Positions 21,412-31,370 of a stretch of DNA of 64,000 nt are shown here, piece after piece. How positions within the stretch are numbered: the stretch's first letter is position 1; each line of letters starts with the position of its first letter. The position numbers were made by a program, and so were the translations under genes. Where the stretch lies: assembly GCA_963722325.1 (NCBI GenBank), contig CAVRLN010000012.1:1792-65791 (forward strand). The letters are read 5' to 3'. Under the pieces are notes generated by a model. The model had not been told where the DNA came from. It saw only the letters and a program-made list of their open reading frames with translations, and made no database searches. The DNA is from an uncultured beta proteobacterium. Its GTDB lineage: Bacteria > Pseudomonadota > Gammaproteobacteria > Burkholderiales > Casimicrobiaceae.

Positions 21412-22024
21412 TCATCGCTCCCCCTCGAGCCGCGCGATCAAGGCGCGCAGCGCCTGGCCGCGGTGCGACAGCTCGTTCTTGCGGTCGAGCGGCAGCTCGG
21501 CGCCGGTGAGGCCGGTGTCGCGATCCTGGAAGTGCGGGTCGTAGCCGAACCCCGCGTTGCCGCGCGGGACGTCGATGATCGTGCCGTACCATCGGCCCTC
21601 GGCGATGATCGGCTCGGGATCCTTGGCGTGGACGCATGAGCGCCAGCACGCAGTAGTAGTGCGCGCCGCGATCGACAATACCCGCGAGCTCGGCGATGAG
21701 CTTGTCGTTGTTGCGCGCATCCGATCGCGGCTCGCCCGCATACCGCGCCGAGTGCACGCCCGGCGCGCCGGCGAGCGCGGTCACGCACACGCCCGAGTCG
21801 TCGGCGAGCGCGGGCAGCCCCGAGTGCTTGCTGGCGTGCCGCGCCTTGGCGAGCGCGTTCTCGACGAACGTGGGATGCGGCTCCTCGGCGTCGTCGATCG
21901 CGAGCTCGGCCTGGCTCACGAGATCGATGCGCAGCGGCGCCAGCAGGCGCCGGAACTCGCGCAGCTTGCCCGCGTTGGACGAAGCGAGGACCAGCCGCGA
22001 GATCGCGGTCACGACGCGACGCAT
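21412..22024 (-). CDS. rdgB: non-canonical purine NTP pyrophosphatase RdgB/HAM1, one frameshift as assembled
   Basis: ORF 20318..22069 from Met16 (ATG 22024): ...LVLASSNAGKLREFRRLL...EEPHPTFVENALAKARHA...ALADDSGVCV...YYCVLALMR. The C-terminus is in ORF 21412..21741 (AKDPEPIIAEGRWYGTII...GFGYDPHF...ELPLDRKNELSHRGQAL). Switch at ~21635. Confidence 0.8.
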
Positions 22025-22037
22025 CCGGCGCGCCCGA

Positions 22038-22763
22038 TCATGTCGCGCCCAGCGCTTTTTTCTGCGCATCGATCAGCGCGCGGATGCCCTGGCCGGCGAG
22101 ATCGAGCAGCCGGTCCATTTCCGCGCGCGAGAACGCCGCGCCCTCGGCGGTGCCCTGCACCTCGACGAAGCCGCCGCTGCCGAGCATGACGACGTTCATG
22201 TCGGTATCGCAGCCCGAATCCTCGTCGTAATCGAGGTCGAGCAGCGGCGATCCGTCGACGATGCCCACCGACACCGCCGCCACCAGGTCGCGCAGCGGCT
22301 CGGTGCCGAGCACGCCCGTCGACTTGCACCAGGCCACCGCGTCGTGCAACGCGACGCAGGCGCCGGTGATCGAGGCGCAGCGCGTGCCGCCGTCCGCCTG
22401 GATGACGTCGCAGTCGATGCGCACGGTGCGCTCGCCCAGCGCGGCGAGGTCGATCACCGCGCGCATGCTGCGCCCGATCAGACGCTGGATTTCCTGAGTG
22501 CGGCCGGATTGCTTGCCTTCGGCCGCTTCGCGCCGCATGCGCGTGTTGGTGGCGCGCGGCAGCATGCCGTACTCCGCCGTCACCCAGCCTCTTCCCTTGC
22601 CCTTGAGGAATGACGGGACGCCTTCCTCCACCGATGCGGTGCAGATGACACGCGTGTCGCCCGCCTCGATCAATACCGAGCCCTCGGCGTGGCGGCTGAA
22701 ATTGCGCGTGATGACGAGCGGCCGCAATTGGTCGGCGGGGCGGTTGCTGCGGCGATGCGTCAT
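22038..22763 (-). CDS. rph: ribonuclease PH
   Basis: ORF 22038..22763 (-), 241 aa, intact: [37 protein letters not shown]...[14 protein letters not shown]...[13 protein letters not shown]...[12 protein letters not shown]. Confidence 0.92.
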   Translation of the reverse strand: MTHRRSNRPADQLRPLVITRNFSRHAEGSVLIEAGDTRVICTASVEEGVPSFLKGKGRGWVTAEYGMLPRATNTRMRREAAEGKQSGRTQEIQRLIGRSMRAVIDLAALGERTVRIDCDVIQADGGTRCASITGACVALHDAVAWCKSTGVLGTEPLRDLVAAVSVGIVDGSPLLDLDYDEDSGCDTDMNVVMLGSGGFVEVQGTAEGAAFSRAEMDRLLDLAGQGIRALIDAQKKALGAT

Positions 22764-22817
22764 CGGCGTTCTCGAATCGTGTTGCGGATCGCAATTATAG
22801 CGGCCGGGGCGCGCCGC

Positions 22818-23780
22818 TCAGAGCACGTGGCGCGTGCGCCACCACGCGATCGTCGCCGCGATGCCTTCGATGACGCCGACGGAGGGCGTCCACCCCGCGA
22901 GCTCGGCGAACCGCGATGCGTCAACCTCGAGCGAGCCCAGCAGGCGCGACGAAGCGCCGCGCCGGCCCATGAGCGCCGCTCCGGCGCGCAGCACCGAGGT
23001 CGGCATGCGCGAGAGCCGGGCCTCCACGCCCAGCGCCGATGCGATCATGCGGATCAGATGCGGCGTCGATACCGGACGCGCGTCGGCGACCGGCAGCGTC
23101 TGTCCGGCGAGCGCGGGCACCTCGAGCGCCGCGGCGATGGCGGTGACCGCGTTGCCGACGTAGAGCAGGCTGCGCCGATTGTCGACGCCGGCGAATGGCA
23201 GGCGGCGCTCTGCCGCGACCGCCTCGATCAGCAACGCGAAGTTGCCCTTCACGCCCGCGCCGTACACCAGCGGCAGGCGCAGGACCACGCCTTCCATGTC
23301 GCTGTCGCTGCAGGCCTCCCATATCAGTTTCTCGGCTTCGGCCTTGCTCCGCGCGTAGGCGTCGCGCGGCTGCGCCGGGTCTCCGGCGCGAAACGGACGG
23401 CCAGGTCGCGTCGTCTCGCCGTAGACCTTGATCGTGCTCGCGAACACGACACGCCGCACCTGCGCGCGGCGCGCGGCGTCGAGCAGGCGCCGCGTCACAT
23501 GGACGTTGGCGACGATGTGCGGCGTCGGATCGTGGTCGCGGCCGGTGACGTGCGCGCGCCCGGCGAGGTGAACGACGCGGTCCACGCCGTCGAGCGCGTG
23601 CTCCCAGTCGGCGGCGGCGAAATCGCCGAGCACGTGACGCGCGGGGTCGGCGCCGTCGCCGCCACGCACCGCGGCGACGTACGCGACGCCGCGCTGCGCC
23701 AGATCCGCGCACAGCGCGCGGCCGATGAAGCCGTCGGCGCCGGTGACAAGCACCTTGCTCGTCGTCACCACCACTTCCAT
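22818..23780 (-). CDS. NAD-dependent epimerase/dehydratase family protein
   Basis: C-terminal 320 aa of ORF 22818..24599 from ATG 23780: MEVVVTTSKVLVTGADGFIGRAL (GxxGxxG)...DAYARSKAEAEKL (YxxxK). It appears fused to the upstream glycosyltransferase only because that gene's stop is bypassed by a frameshift. Confidence 0.8.
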   Translation of the reverse strand: MEVVVTTSKVLVTGADGFIGRALCADLAQRGVAYVAAVRGGDGADPARHVLGDFAAADWEHALDGVDRVVHLAGRAHVTGRDHDPTPHIVANVHVTRRLLDAARRAQVRRVVFASTIKVYGETTRPGRPFRAGDPAQPRDAYARSKAEAEKLIWEACSDSDMEGVVLRLPLVYGAGVKGNFALLIEAVAAERRLPFAGVDNRRSLLYVGNAVTAIAAALEVPALAGQTLPVADARPVSTPHLIRMIASALGVEARLSRMPTSVLRAGAALMGRRGASSRLLGSLEVDASRFAELAGWTPSVGVIEGIAATIAWWRTRHVL

Positions 23781-24599
23781 CCGTGCTTGTGGAAAAATCG
23801 CCACGCGCTCTTCACGAAATACGCGATGTGCTGCGGGCCCTTGTGCGACGGCGCCGCCGCCGTGGTGGACGACGCGCACGGTCGGCACGTACGCCGAGCG
23901 CGTGATGCGGTTGAGCCGCACGCTCCAGTCGAAATCCTCGAAATAGAGAAAGAAGTTCGGATCGAAGCCGCCGGTCGACTCGACGGCTTTGCGCCGCACG
24001 AGCATGAACGATCCGCTCATCACCGGCACCGGCGAGACGACGGTGTCGCCGATGACATCGCGCATTTCGTAGTGGTGCAGCCGGCGGCGGAACAGGCGCT
24101 TGAGCGGCGCCGGCGCGAAGCCGCGCAGTCCCAGATCGAGCACGCTCGGGTAACGCTTGCACGCGTATTCGCGCGCGCCGTTGCTGCGAAACATCGCGGG
24201 CACGATCACGCCGACGTCGTCGTGCTCGTCGAAATAGTGCAGCGCCGCCGACAGCGACTCCTCGGCGAGCTCGACGTCGGGATTGAGCACCAGGTGGTAG
24301 TGCGTGTTGCCGCCGTGCATCACCAGGTTGTGCGCGGTACCGTAGCCGATGTTGGCGTGGCCGTGCAGGTAATTCATGGTCACCGCCGAGCTTTCGAAAT
24401 GCGCCGCGCCGAGCTTCACCACCGCCTCGGCGACGGCGCGCTCGCCGGTGTTGTCGATGAGCACCAGGTTGACCGCGCGCAGCATCCCTGCCTCGCGGGC
24501 CATCGCCAGCGCGAACGCCAGCTTGCGCAGCGTCGCGTCGAGCTGCGCAAGGTCCGGTCGGTAGGTGACGATGCTGACCGTCAGGGTCGGCGGGGGCAA
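23765..24599 (-). CDS. family 2 glycosyltransferase, one frameshift near the 3' end as assembled
   Basis: ORF 22818..24599 N-terminal part (TVSIVTYRPD...LIDNTG...GYGTAHN...LNPDVEL...SGSFMLVRRKAVES...FFLYFEDFDWS). After ...VVHHGGGA (~23850) a +1 frame reads SHKGPQHIAYFVKSAWRFFHKHGWKWW, ending at TGA 23767-23765. From memory, that reads as a plausible native C-terminus. Confidence 0.75.
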
Positions 24600-24637
24600 G
24601 TGGAGAGGTGCGAGGGCGCGATAGGGCGTGAGCTAGA

Positions 24638-25777
24638 ATGCTGGGCTATCCCCCCATCTTCCGTCAATCGCATTCGCCATGGCCGATTCCTCCGCATCCG
24701 CGTCGCAAACCCGCTTACCACGCCGACGCATTGCGCGCCTTCGCGCAGGCGCTGCTCGAGCGTGCCGGCGTTCGCGGCGACATCGCCATCGACGTCGCTG
24801 CGATCCTGGTCGACGGTGATCTGCTCGGACACACGACGCACGGACTCGCGCTGCTCGGACCGTACCTGAACGAACTCGCCAACGGGAAGATGACCAAAAG
24901 CGGCGCGCCGGAAGTCCTCAACGCGCGCACCGCCGCCGAAGTGTGGGACGGCAAGCGCCTGCCCGGTCCGTGGCTCACGCTGCGCGCGCTCGAGCGCGCC
25001 ACCGCGATGGCGCGCGACTGCGGCACCGGAAGCATCGCGATACATCATTCGCATCACATCGCATGCCTCGCCGCGTATCTCAAGCGCGCCACCGACGCGG
25101 GCATGATGGCGATCATCCAGAGCTCCGATCCGGCGGTGAAGGCGGTCGTGCCGCACGGAGGATTGCAACCGTTCATCACGCCCAACCCGATCGCGGCCGG
25201 GATCCCCACATCCGGCGATCCGATCCTGATCGACGTGTCGACGTCCATCACCAGCATGGGATACGCGGCGCAGCAGCACGCCGCGGGCAAGTCGCTTCCC
25301 GGCGAATGGCTCATCGACCATCTCGGCAACGCCACGCGCGATCCCGCGGTGGTCGCGAAGGAGCCGAAGGGCGCGCTGCTTCCGCTCGGCGGCATCGACG
25401 CGGGGCACAAGGGATTCGCGCTCGCGCTCCTGATCGAAGCGATGACGGCTGGACTCTCCGGACACGGCCGCGCCGACCCGTCCGTGGGATGGGGTGGAAC
25501 GATCTTCGTGCAGGTGCTGGATCCGGAAGCATTCGGCGGCCTCGCAGCGTTTCGCCGGCAGATGGATTTCGTCGCCAAGAGCGCGCGCGACAGCGCGGTG
25601 CGACCGGGCGACGACGCGGTGCGTCTCCCGGGCGAACGCGGCATGAAGCGCTATCGCGAGCAGACGAAGCATGGCGTCGCGCTTTATCCGACGATTCTGC
25701 CGGCACTCAAGCCTTGGGCGGAGAAGCTAGGTGTCGAGCTTCCGGCGGCAGTTGCGGCATCGAGCGCATTGTCCTAG
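24638..25777 (+). CDS. Ldh family oxidoreductase (malate/L-lactate dehydrogenase type 2)
   Basis: ORF 24638..25777, 379 aa: ...LLGHTTHGLALLGPYLNEL...SIAIHHSHHIACLAAYL...ITPNPIAAGIP...GGIDAGHKGFALALLIEAM.... The first ~30 codons are Pro-rich and atypical. An out-of-frame ATG at 24673 (MADSSASASQTR) hints at another small indel or a later start. Confidence 0.75.
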   Translation: MLGYPPIFRQSHSPWPIPPHPRRKPAYHADALRAFAQALLERAGVRGDIAIDVAAILVDGDLLGHTTHGLALLGPYLNELANGKMTKSGAPEVLNARTAAEVWDGKRLPGPWLTLRALERATAMARDCGTGSIAIHHSHHIACLAAYLKRATDAGMMAIIQSSDPAVKAVVPHGGLQPFITPNPIAAGIPTSGDPILIDVSTSITSMGYAAQQHAAGKSLPGEWLIDHLGNATRDPAVVAKEPKGALLPLGGIDAGHKGFALALLIEAMTAGLSGHGRADPSVGWGGTIFVQVLDPEAFGGLAAFRRQMDFVAKSARDSAVRPGDDAVRLPGERGMKRYREQTKHGVALYPTILPALKPWAEKLGVELPAAVAASSALS

Positions 25778-25813
25778 CCTCGAATCCGTATTCGAAGCGA
25801 TTGGAGAGCGGCC

Positions 25814-26098
25814 ATGAATCAGGTCACGTTCGAAGCATTCGACAAGGAAGCGCGTGCGCAGGGTTTCGACGAGGTCGTCGAGCGCAAGTGGGCGCCGTCC
25901 ACCGTCGTCGAGTCACACACGCATCCGTTCGCGGTGCGGGCTCTGGTCGTGCAGGGCGAGATGTGGCTCGACGTCGACGGCGGCGGCGAGCGGCACCTGC
26001 GGCCTGGGGACGAGTTCCGCATCGATCGCAACGTGCCCCATACCGAGCGTTACGGGAGCGAAGGAGCGACTTATTGGGCGGCGCGGCGCAATGGATAA
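25814..26098 (+). CDS. cupin domain protein (small)
   Basis: ORF 25814..26098, 94 aa, GGAGAG upstream: ...HTHPFAVRALVVQGEMWLDVDGGGERHLRPGDEFRIDRNVPHTE.... Confidence 0.7.
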   Translation: MNQVTFEAFDKEARAQGFDEVVERKWAPSTVVESHTHPFAVRALVVQGEMWLDVDGGGERHLRPGDEFRIDRNVPHTERYGSEGATYWAARRNG

Positions 26099-26127
26099 CA
26101 GGGAAACGACGGCCCCAATTCCTTTTC

Positions 26128-26736
26128 TCAGGATTCACCGACCTGCTGTCGCGCCGGTTGCAAGTGCCGCCGGACATTCAACAGCGTCGCGTCATCCGGT
26201 TCGCGGCTGATGGTGAAACCGAGCGAGCGCGCGAGTGACAACATGGGTCGGTTGGTGGCGAGCACGATGCCTTCGAGTTCCTGCACGCCCGCTTCCTGCG
26301 CATGGTCGAGCAAGGCTTGCAGCAGCCGCCGACCCAGTCCCTGACGCTGTCGGTCATCTGCAACGACGAGCCCAAACTCGGCCGTCGGCGCCGTGGCGGC
26401 CACGACGTAGCGGCCGATACCCGCAAAGTGCTCCTTACCATCCTTCATCGCGGTCACGACGAACGCCATGTGGCACCGATAGTCGATGTGCGTCATTCGC
26501 TCGACGAACTCCGGCGTGAGCTTGAAAACGCTTAACATGCGCTGGTATCCAGAATCGGCGGAGAGTCCACGAACGAACGCTTCTTCCCGCTCGCCGTCGT
26601 CAGGACGGATCGGCCGCAGACAAAGCGCCTCTCCCGAGGCGAGGGTCCAGTTCTGGATAAGGTGGTCCGGGTACTTTCCGGCGCGCTTCGCATCCGACTC
26701 CGGAAGACCAGTGCAATCGCTTTGAGGATCCGTCAT
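26128..26736 (-). CDS. GNAT family N-acetyltransferase
   Basis: ORF 26128..26736 (-), 202 aa: ...EFGLVVADDRQRQGLGRRLLQALLDHAQEAGVQELEGIVLATNRPMLSLARSLGF (acetyl-CoA-binding Q/RxxGxG/A motif). Confidence 0.8.
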   Translation of the reverse strand: MTDPQSDCTGLPESDAKRAGKYPDHLIQNWTLASGEALCLRPIRPDDGEREEAFVRGLSADSGYQRMLSVFKLTPEFVERMTHIDYRCHMAFVVTAMKDGKEHFAGIGRYVVAATAPTAEFGLVVADDRQRQGLGRRLLQALLDHAQEAGVQELEGIVLATNRPMLSLARSLGFTISREPDDATLLNVRRHLQPARQQVGES

Positions 26737-26791
26737 CGCTCAACCCGCAAGAACGGTGGAAGCTCATTGTTCATTCGTGTCCACCAGCTTG

Positions 26792-27559
26792 CTACTTCAA
26801 AAACCCGCTCATGCGCGTCGTCGCCGAGCTGAGCCGATCGTTCTCGGGATCGTCGATGGAAAGCACGCGGCGTTGCGATGGCGTCAGCGCCGCCAGGGTC
26901 TCGGGGCGCAGTAGTCGCTTCTGATACTGCTGTTGCGGCTTGTCGTCCCGCGTATAGAACGCGTGCAGCGCGCGGCGGCACCGATCGGTGTGGTTGGCCG
27001 TGCCGCCATGCCACATGTGAGTGTTCATGATGACTACGGTGCCGGCCCTGCCGGTGACGAGCTCCTCGCCCGGCAGCGAGCCTGCGTCGCCGGGCCCGGG
27101 TAGGCGGCGCCAGGTGTGTGAGCGAGGGATCATCCGCGTGGCGCCATTCTCCACGGTGAAGTCGTCGAGCATCCATATCGAGTTGCATACCCAGTAGCCG
27201 CGCTCGTCGGCGACGGCACCGGTGTCGGCATGCCACGGCTGCGCGTCGCCGTTGTGCGGATTGGTCGAGCGGGCATTGAGGCTGCTCAGTTTGTAGCCGG
27301 GCCCGATGACGTGCTCCATGCATTCGAGGATCTTCGGCATCGTGACGATGTCGGCGAAAATGGCACCCTTGTCGACCAGGTTGGCCAGGCGCCGCGTCCC
27401 CGGCTCGTCGCGGAACTCGGATCCGGCCTGGTCGCCCTCCTCCGCCCACAACGTCTCGACGCGATCGCGCAGTGCGTCGAGCATCGGCGGCGGGACAAAG
27501 CCTGGCAGGACGAGATAGCCCAGGTCGTCGAGCTGCTGTTTCTCGGAAGGCGAGAGCAT
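26792..27559 (-). CDS. phytanoyl-CoA dioxygenase (PhyH) family Fe(II)/2-oxoglutarate oxygenase
   Basis: ORF 26792..27607 (-) trimmed to ATG 27559 (MLSPSEKQQLDDLGYLVLPGF...). HADTG...WMLDDFTVENGATRMIPRSH...GTVVIMNTHMWHGG. The upstream TTG 27607 is an alternative start. Confidence 0.78.
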   Translation of the reverse strand: MLSPSEKQQLDDLGYLVLPGFVPPPMLDALRDRVETLWAEEGDQAGSEFRDEPGTRRLANLVDKGAIFADIVTMPKILECMEHVIGPGYKLSSLNARSTNPHNGDAQPWHADTGAVADERGYWVCNSIWMLDDFTVENGATRMIPRSHTWRRLPGPGDAGSLPGEELVTGRAGTVVIMNTHMWHGGTANHTDRCRRALHAFYTRDDKPQQQYQKRLLRPETLAALTPSQRRVLSIDDPENDRLSSATTRMSGFLK

Positions 27560-27656
27560 GGAGTGTGAATCCTCGAGCGTCGAGCGCAGGATCGACCATG
27601 TTATCAAACCAAGCGGTCAAGTCGCCCCGACGCTTGACAGGTTGCAGCTCCGCGAT

Positions 27657-27821
27657 CTATTTCGGCGTGAGGTGGTACAGGCCGCCGGAGTTCTCGTCCT
27701 CAAGCATCCAAAGGGATCCGTCCGGTGCCTCTTCGATGTCGCGAACGCGTTTGCCCACATTCCAGCGCTGGACTACCTTGGCGCCGCCCTTGTCGTTCGA
27801 GAAATCATGCGGTTCAAGACG
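27657..27821 (-). pseudogene. 3'-terminal remnant of a PQQ-dependent sugar (glucose/sorbosone) dehydrogenase-like gene
   Basis: Not in the ORF track (no start codon). Hand translation of the minus strand gives RLEPHDFSNDKGGAKVVQRWNVGKRVRDIEEAPDGSLWMLEDENSGGLYHLTPK, ending at TAG 27659-27657. It resembles the last beta-propeller blade (R.RDV..gPDG.ly.l.D..nG.i.rl.P) of that family. No N-terminal 300+ aa is present upstream. Confidence 0.5.
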
Positions 27822-27925
27822 TAGTCGAGTGGTTCTCGACTGCGCGTTCCTTAGCTCCGCATCGGGCCGCCCTCAACGCAGTGCGCTCGGCTCCCCTTGC
27901 ATGCCGCCGATTGATGTGTTAAATA

Positions 27926-28300
27926 GTGAACCGTATGGTTCAGTATGCCCGCACCCGCTTCGATACCTCGTTCGCCGCGCTCTCGGACGTCACCCGGCGC
28001 GGTGTTCTGGAGCAGCTCGGGCGTGCGGACGCTTCCATCACGGACCTTGCCGAGAAGTTCCACATGACCCTCACAGGCATGAAGAAGCATGTCGGCGTAT
28101 TGGAGCAGGCGGGGCTCGTCACCACGAAAAAGGTGGGGCGCGTGCGGACCTGCAGGCTCGGCCTGTACCGGCTGGAGGAAGAGGCGGCATGGATCGAGAG
28201 TTACCGCCAGCTCTGGAACGCACGCTTCGACGAACTGGACAAACTTGTCGAGACACTAAAACGGAAGGAGAAGATCGATGGACGCAAGAAGAGAAAGTGA
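27926..28300 (+). CDS. ArsR/SmtB family transcriptional regulator
   Basis: ORF 27926..28300 (GTG; ATG alternative at 27935): FAALSDVTRRGVLEQLGRADASITDLAEKFHMTLTGMKKHVGVLEQAGLVTTKKVGRVRTCRL (winged HTH). Confidence 0.82.
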   Translation: MNRMVQYARTRFDTSFAALSDVTRRGVLEQLGRADASITDLAEKFHMTLTGMKKHVGVLEQAGLVTTKKVGRVRTCRLGLYRLEEEAAWIESYRQLWNARFDELDKLVETLKRKEKIDGRKKRK

Positions 28301-28793
28301 GCGTACCCCCGTGATGAACCGCACGACGGTGGAGCGGAAGTCCGAGCGTGAGCTGGTCGTTACCCGAACCTTCAATGCCCCGGCGCGCATCGTGTTCGAG
28401 GCGTGGACCAAGCCCGAGCTGTTCAGGCAGTGGTGGGTGCCGAAGTCGATGGGAATGACCCTGCTTTCCTGCGAAATGGATGTTCGTGTCGGGGGCAGGT
28501 ACCGTTTGGAGTTCGCACACGGGGACTCACAGGCGGCGTTCTTCGGCACGTACAAGGAAGTAACACTGAACTCGCGCCTCGTCTGGACCAATGAGGAAAG
28601 TGATGAGGGTTCCGTTACGACGGTGACCTTCGCGGAAAAAGGCGGCAAGACGTTGCTGGTCATGCACGAGCTTTATCCCTCGAAGGAAGCTCTCGATGCC
28701 GCCGGCACCGGGGCGGCGGATGCGATGGGAGAGACGTTCGGGCAACTGGACGAGCTTCTCGTCACCTTGGGCGCGAGCGTGGGACGCGCGTGA
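28278..28793 (+). CDS. SRPBCC (AHSA1/START-like) domain protein
   Basis: ORF 28278..28793, AAGGAG 7 nt upstream of the ATG: ELVVTRTFNAPARIVFEAWTKPELFRQWWVP...VRVGGRYRLEF...FFGTYKEV...LVWT. The ArsR + SRPBCC pairing is common in my experience. Confidence 0.8.
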   Translation: MDARRESERTPVMNRTTVERKSERELVVTRTFNAPARIVFEAWTKPELFRQWWVPKSMGMTLLSCEMDVRVGGRYRLEFAHGDSQAAFFGTYKEVTLNSRLVWTNEESDEGSVTTVTFAEKGGKTLLVMHELYPSKEALDAAGTGAADAMGETFGQLDELLVTLGASVGRA

Positions 28794-28870
28794 AGTCGTC
28801 GATCTTCAATACAGCTGAACTTTGCCCATGCGCGGCGGCTTGACTGGCGCCGCCGCCAGAGCAGGCGAGT

Positions 28871-30139
28871 CTACGACCGTGGTCGAGTGCTTTCAATCGG
28901 CGAAGCACGCGAACCCCCCAAATACCCCCAAAACCGCGGCAACAAAAACCCGGTAGCGATGACCGCCACAACACACACCGCCCCGCCACTCCAGATCGCC
29001 ACCGACAATCCGCTGACCTCCGCCGTAAACCCCGCGCGCGCATTGCCGATCAGCGGGCCGGTGAGGTAGCTGATCATCTCGATGCCGGCCAGCCGTCCGC
29101 GCATCTCGTTGGGGATCGTCTCGTTCCAGATCGTGCCGCGGAACACGCCGCTCAGCATGTCGGCGGCGCCGGCGATGGCCAGGCAAATCATCGCGCTCCA
29201 CAAGCCGAACCCGAAGACCATCGCGATGCCCATTGCCAGGATGCCGACGCCCCACACGGTAGCGGAGAGGACCACGCCGCGGCCGAGGCGCGTCGTTCGC
29301 GAGGTCCAGCCGCTGAAGAGTCCGATGATCAGCGCGCCGAGCGACATCGCCGACAACAGCCAGCCCACCGACTCCGTGCGGCCGTAGGCCTCGGCCATCG
29401 CGGGGAACAACGCGACCGGAAAAGCGAAGGCCATGGCGACGATATCGACGATGTAGGTCCCCATGAGCTCGGGCTTCTTCCACGCGTAGCGCAGGCCTTC
29501 GGCAAGATCGGTGAGCAAGTGCGCGGACTCGTCGCTGCGCGCCGGCGCATCGACCTGCTCGCGCGGGATGCGCGCAAGCAGCAGCAGCGCGACGATGAAG
29601 GTGACGAGGTCGAACAGATAGGCGCCTGCCGCGCCGCCTCCGGCCAACAGCAGCCCCGCGATGGCGGGGCCGACCACCATGCCGAATGTGCCGCGAATCG
29701 ACGACAGCGCCGCCACCGCGGCGTATTCGTCGCGACGCGCGAGCTTCTGCGTCAGTGCTTCGAGCGCAGGACGGTGGAAGCCGCTCGCGCCCTGCAGCAC
29801 CGCGACCAGCACATAGATGACAAGCAGGCTCGGCGAAGCCGCGAGCGTGTTGGCGAGCAACCCGGCAAGGCACAGCGCCATCAACGCTTCGGAGCCGATC
29901 AGCAGGCGCTTGCGATCGACACGATCGGCCACTGCGCCGCCCAGCAGACCGCACGCGACTACCGGCACCAGTTGCACGAGTCCCAGCAGGCCGACCTGCG
30001 CGTTGGAATGCGTAAGCTGGTAGACCTGCCACGGTACCGCGACGTAGCTGACCATCGTTCCGAGCGCGGAGACGGACTGGCTCGCGAAGAGCAGTCGGAA
30101 CGCCGCGTTGTGGCGCAGGGGGCGGATGTCGAGGAGCAA
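28871..30139 (-). CDS. MFS transporter (EntS/DUF894-like)
   Basis: ORF 28871..30139 (-), 422 aa, TTG start, intact. About 12 predicted hydrophobic segments. MLLDIRPLRHNAAFRLLFASQSVSALGTMVSYVAVPWQVY...GGAVADRVDRKRLL. Confidence 0.85.
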   Translation of the reverse strand: MLLDIRPLRHNAAFRLLFASQSVSALGTMVSYVAVPWQVYQLTHSNAQVGLLGLVQLVPVVACGLLGGAVADRVDRKRLLIGSEALMALCLAGLLANTLAASPSLLVIYVLVAVLQGASGFHRPALEALTQKLARRDEYAAVAALSSIRGTFGMVVGPAIAGLLLAGGGAAGAYLFDLVTFIVALLLLARIPREQVDAPARSDESAHLLTDLAEGLRYAWKKPELMGTYIVDIVAMAFAFPVALFPAMAEAYGRTESVGWLLSAMSLGALIIGLFSGWTSRTTRLGRGVVLSATVWGVGILAMGIAMVFGFGLWSAMICLAIAGAADMLSGVFRGTIWNETIPNEMRGRLAGIEMISYLTGPLIGNARAGFTAEVSGLSVAIWSGGAVCVVAVIATGFLLPRFWGYLGGSRASPIESTRPRS

Positions 30140-30351
30140 GGTTCAGCGACTTTCTTCTTGTGCGGCAGGCGGGATTGCGATGAATACGGCACTACGAGCC
30201 GCGTCGAGCACCAGAAGGCCCGGGATCGCACGACGTGCACTTACGCGCGCATCACCTCAATTGCCGCGACGCTGCGCAAAGCCAATGGACATAATGATTG
30301 CCGAGTTGCAGAATTGCGATTCGAGTCCCCGTCGAAGCGACCCTGAAAGAC

Positions 30352-31350
30352 ATGACCGCGACTGTCCGGAGGAGATCGTTGATTCCGTCGTGTCGCTGGT
30401 TGTCGGCGACACTCATGGCATTGGTTGCCACGTTCGCGTTCGCCCAGGAATATCCGGCTGACAAGGCGATACGCTTGATCGTGCCGTTTCCGCCCGGCGG
30501 CGGGACTGACATCTTTTCCCGCGCGATTGCCATGAAGCTCACGGAAAGCGTGAAGTGGGTTGTGGTCGTCGAAAACAAGCCGGGCGCGGGGGGCAACATC
30601 GGCATGGACGCTGTCGCGAAGGCCGCGCCCGATGGTTACACGATCGGCATGGGCCAGACAAGCGACCTCGCGATCAATCCGACGCTTTACAGCAAACTGC
30701 CCTACGATCCACTCAAAGACCTCGCTCCGATCGTCTTGATCGCCGATGCGCCGGTGGTCCTGGTCGTGTCCGCCAGCTCGCCATTTAAGTCGCTTGCCGA
30801 CCTCGTCGCCGCTGCGAAAGCAAAGCCGGGCGTCGTAACGTTTGCCTCGCCCGGCAACGGTACGGTCTCACATCTCATCGGTGAGCTATTCCAGTCCGCA
30901 GCGGGCATCAAGCTGCAGCACATTCCGTACAAGGGCGCTGCTCAGGCGATGACCGATCTCATCGGTGGCCAGGTTCAGTCGTTCATGGCATCGGTGCCGA
31001 GCGCCCTTGCGCAAATCAAGGGAGGAACCGTACGCGGTCTCGCGGTTACGTCAGCGGCGCGAGTCCGGTCGTTGCCCGACGTGCCTACAGTCGCCGAGGC
31101 GGGATACAGCGACTTCGATGCAAACACCTGGTACGGCCTGGTTGCGCCGGCGCGAACCCCGACCAATGTCATTGCGAGGATCAACGCGGAAGTGAACAAG
31201 ATCCTCACCATGCCGGACGTACGCGAAAAATTCGCGGCGGAAGGCGGCGGCCCGGTGGGCGGGTCACCACAGGAGTTTGCGGCTTTGATCGAGCGCGACT
31301 ATGCGAAGTGGCGGAAGGTCGTGAAGGACTCCGGCGCCAAAGTGGACTGA
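30352..31350 (+). CDS. Bug family tripartite tricarboxylate transporter substrate-binding protein (TctC-like), orphan
   Basis: ORF 30298..31350 trimmed to ATG 30352 (MTATVRRRSLIPSCRWLSATLMALVATFAFAQ). IRLIVPFPPGGGTDIFSR...ENKPGAGGNIG...PDGYTI...HIPYKGAAQA. Confidence 0.9.
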   Translation: MTATVRRRSLIPSCRWLSATLMALVATFAFAQEYPADKAIRLIVPFPPGGGTDIFSRAIAMKLTESVKWVVVVENKPGAGGNIGMDAVAKAAPDGYTIGMGQTSDLAINPTLYSKLPYDPLKDLAPIVLIADAPVVLVVSASSPFKSLADLVAAAKAKPGVVTFASPGNGTVSHLIGELFQSAAGIKLQHIPYKGAAQAMTDLIGGQVQSFMASVPSALAQIKGGTVRGLAVTSAARVRSLPDVPTVAEAGYSDFDANTWYGLVAPARTPTNVIARINAEVNKILTMPDVREKFAAEGGGPVGGSPQEFAALIERDYAKWRKVVKDSGAKVD

Positions 31351-31370
31351 CGCACCAGGCGGGGCGCAGC

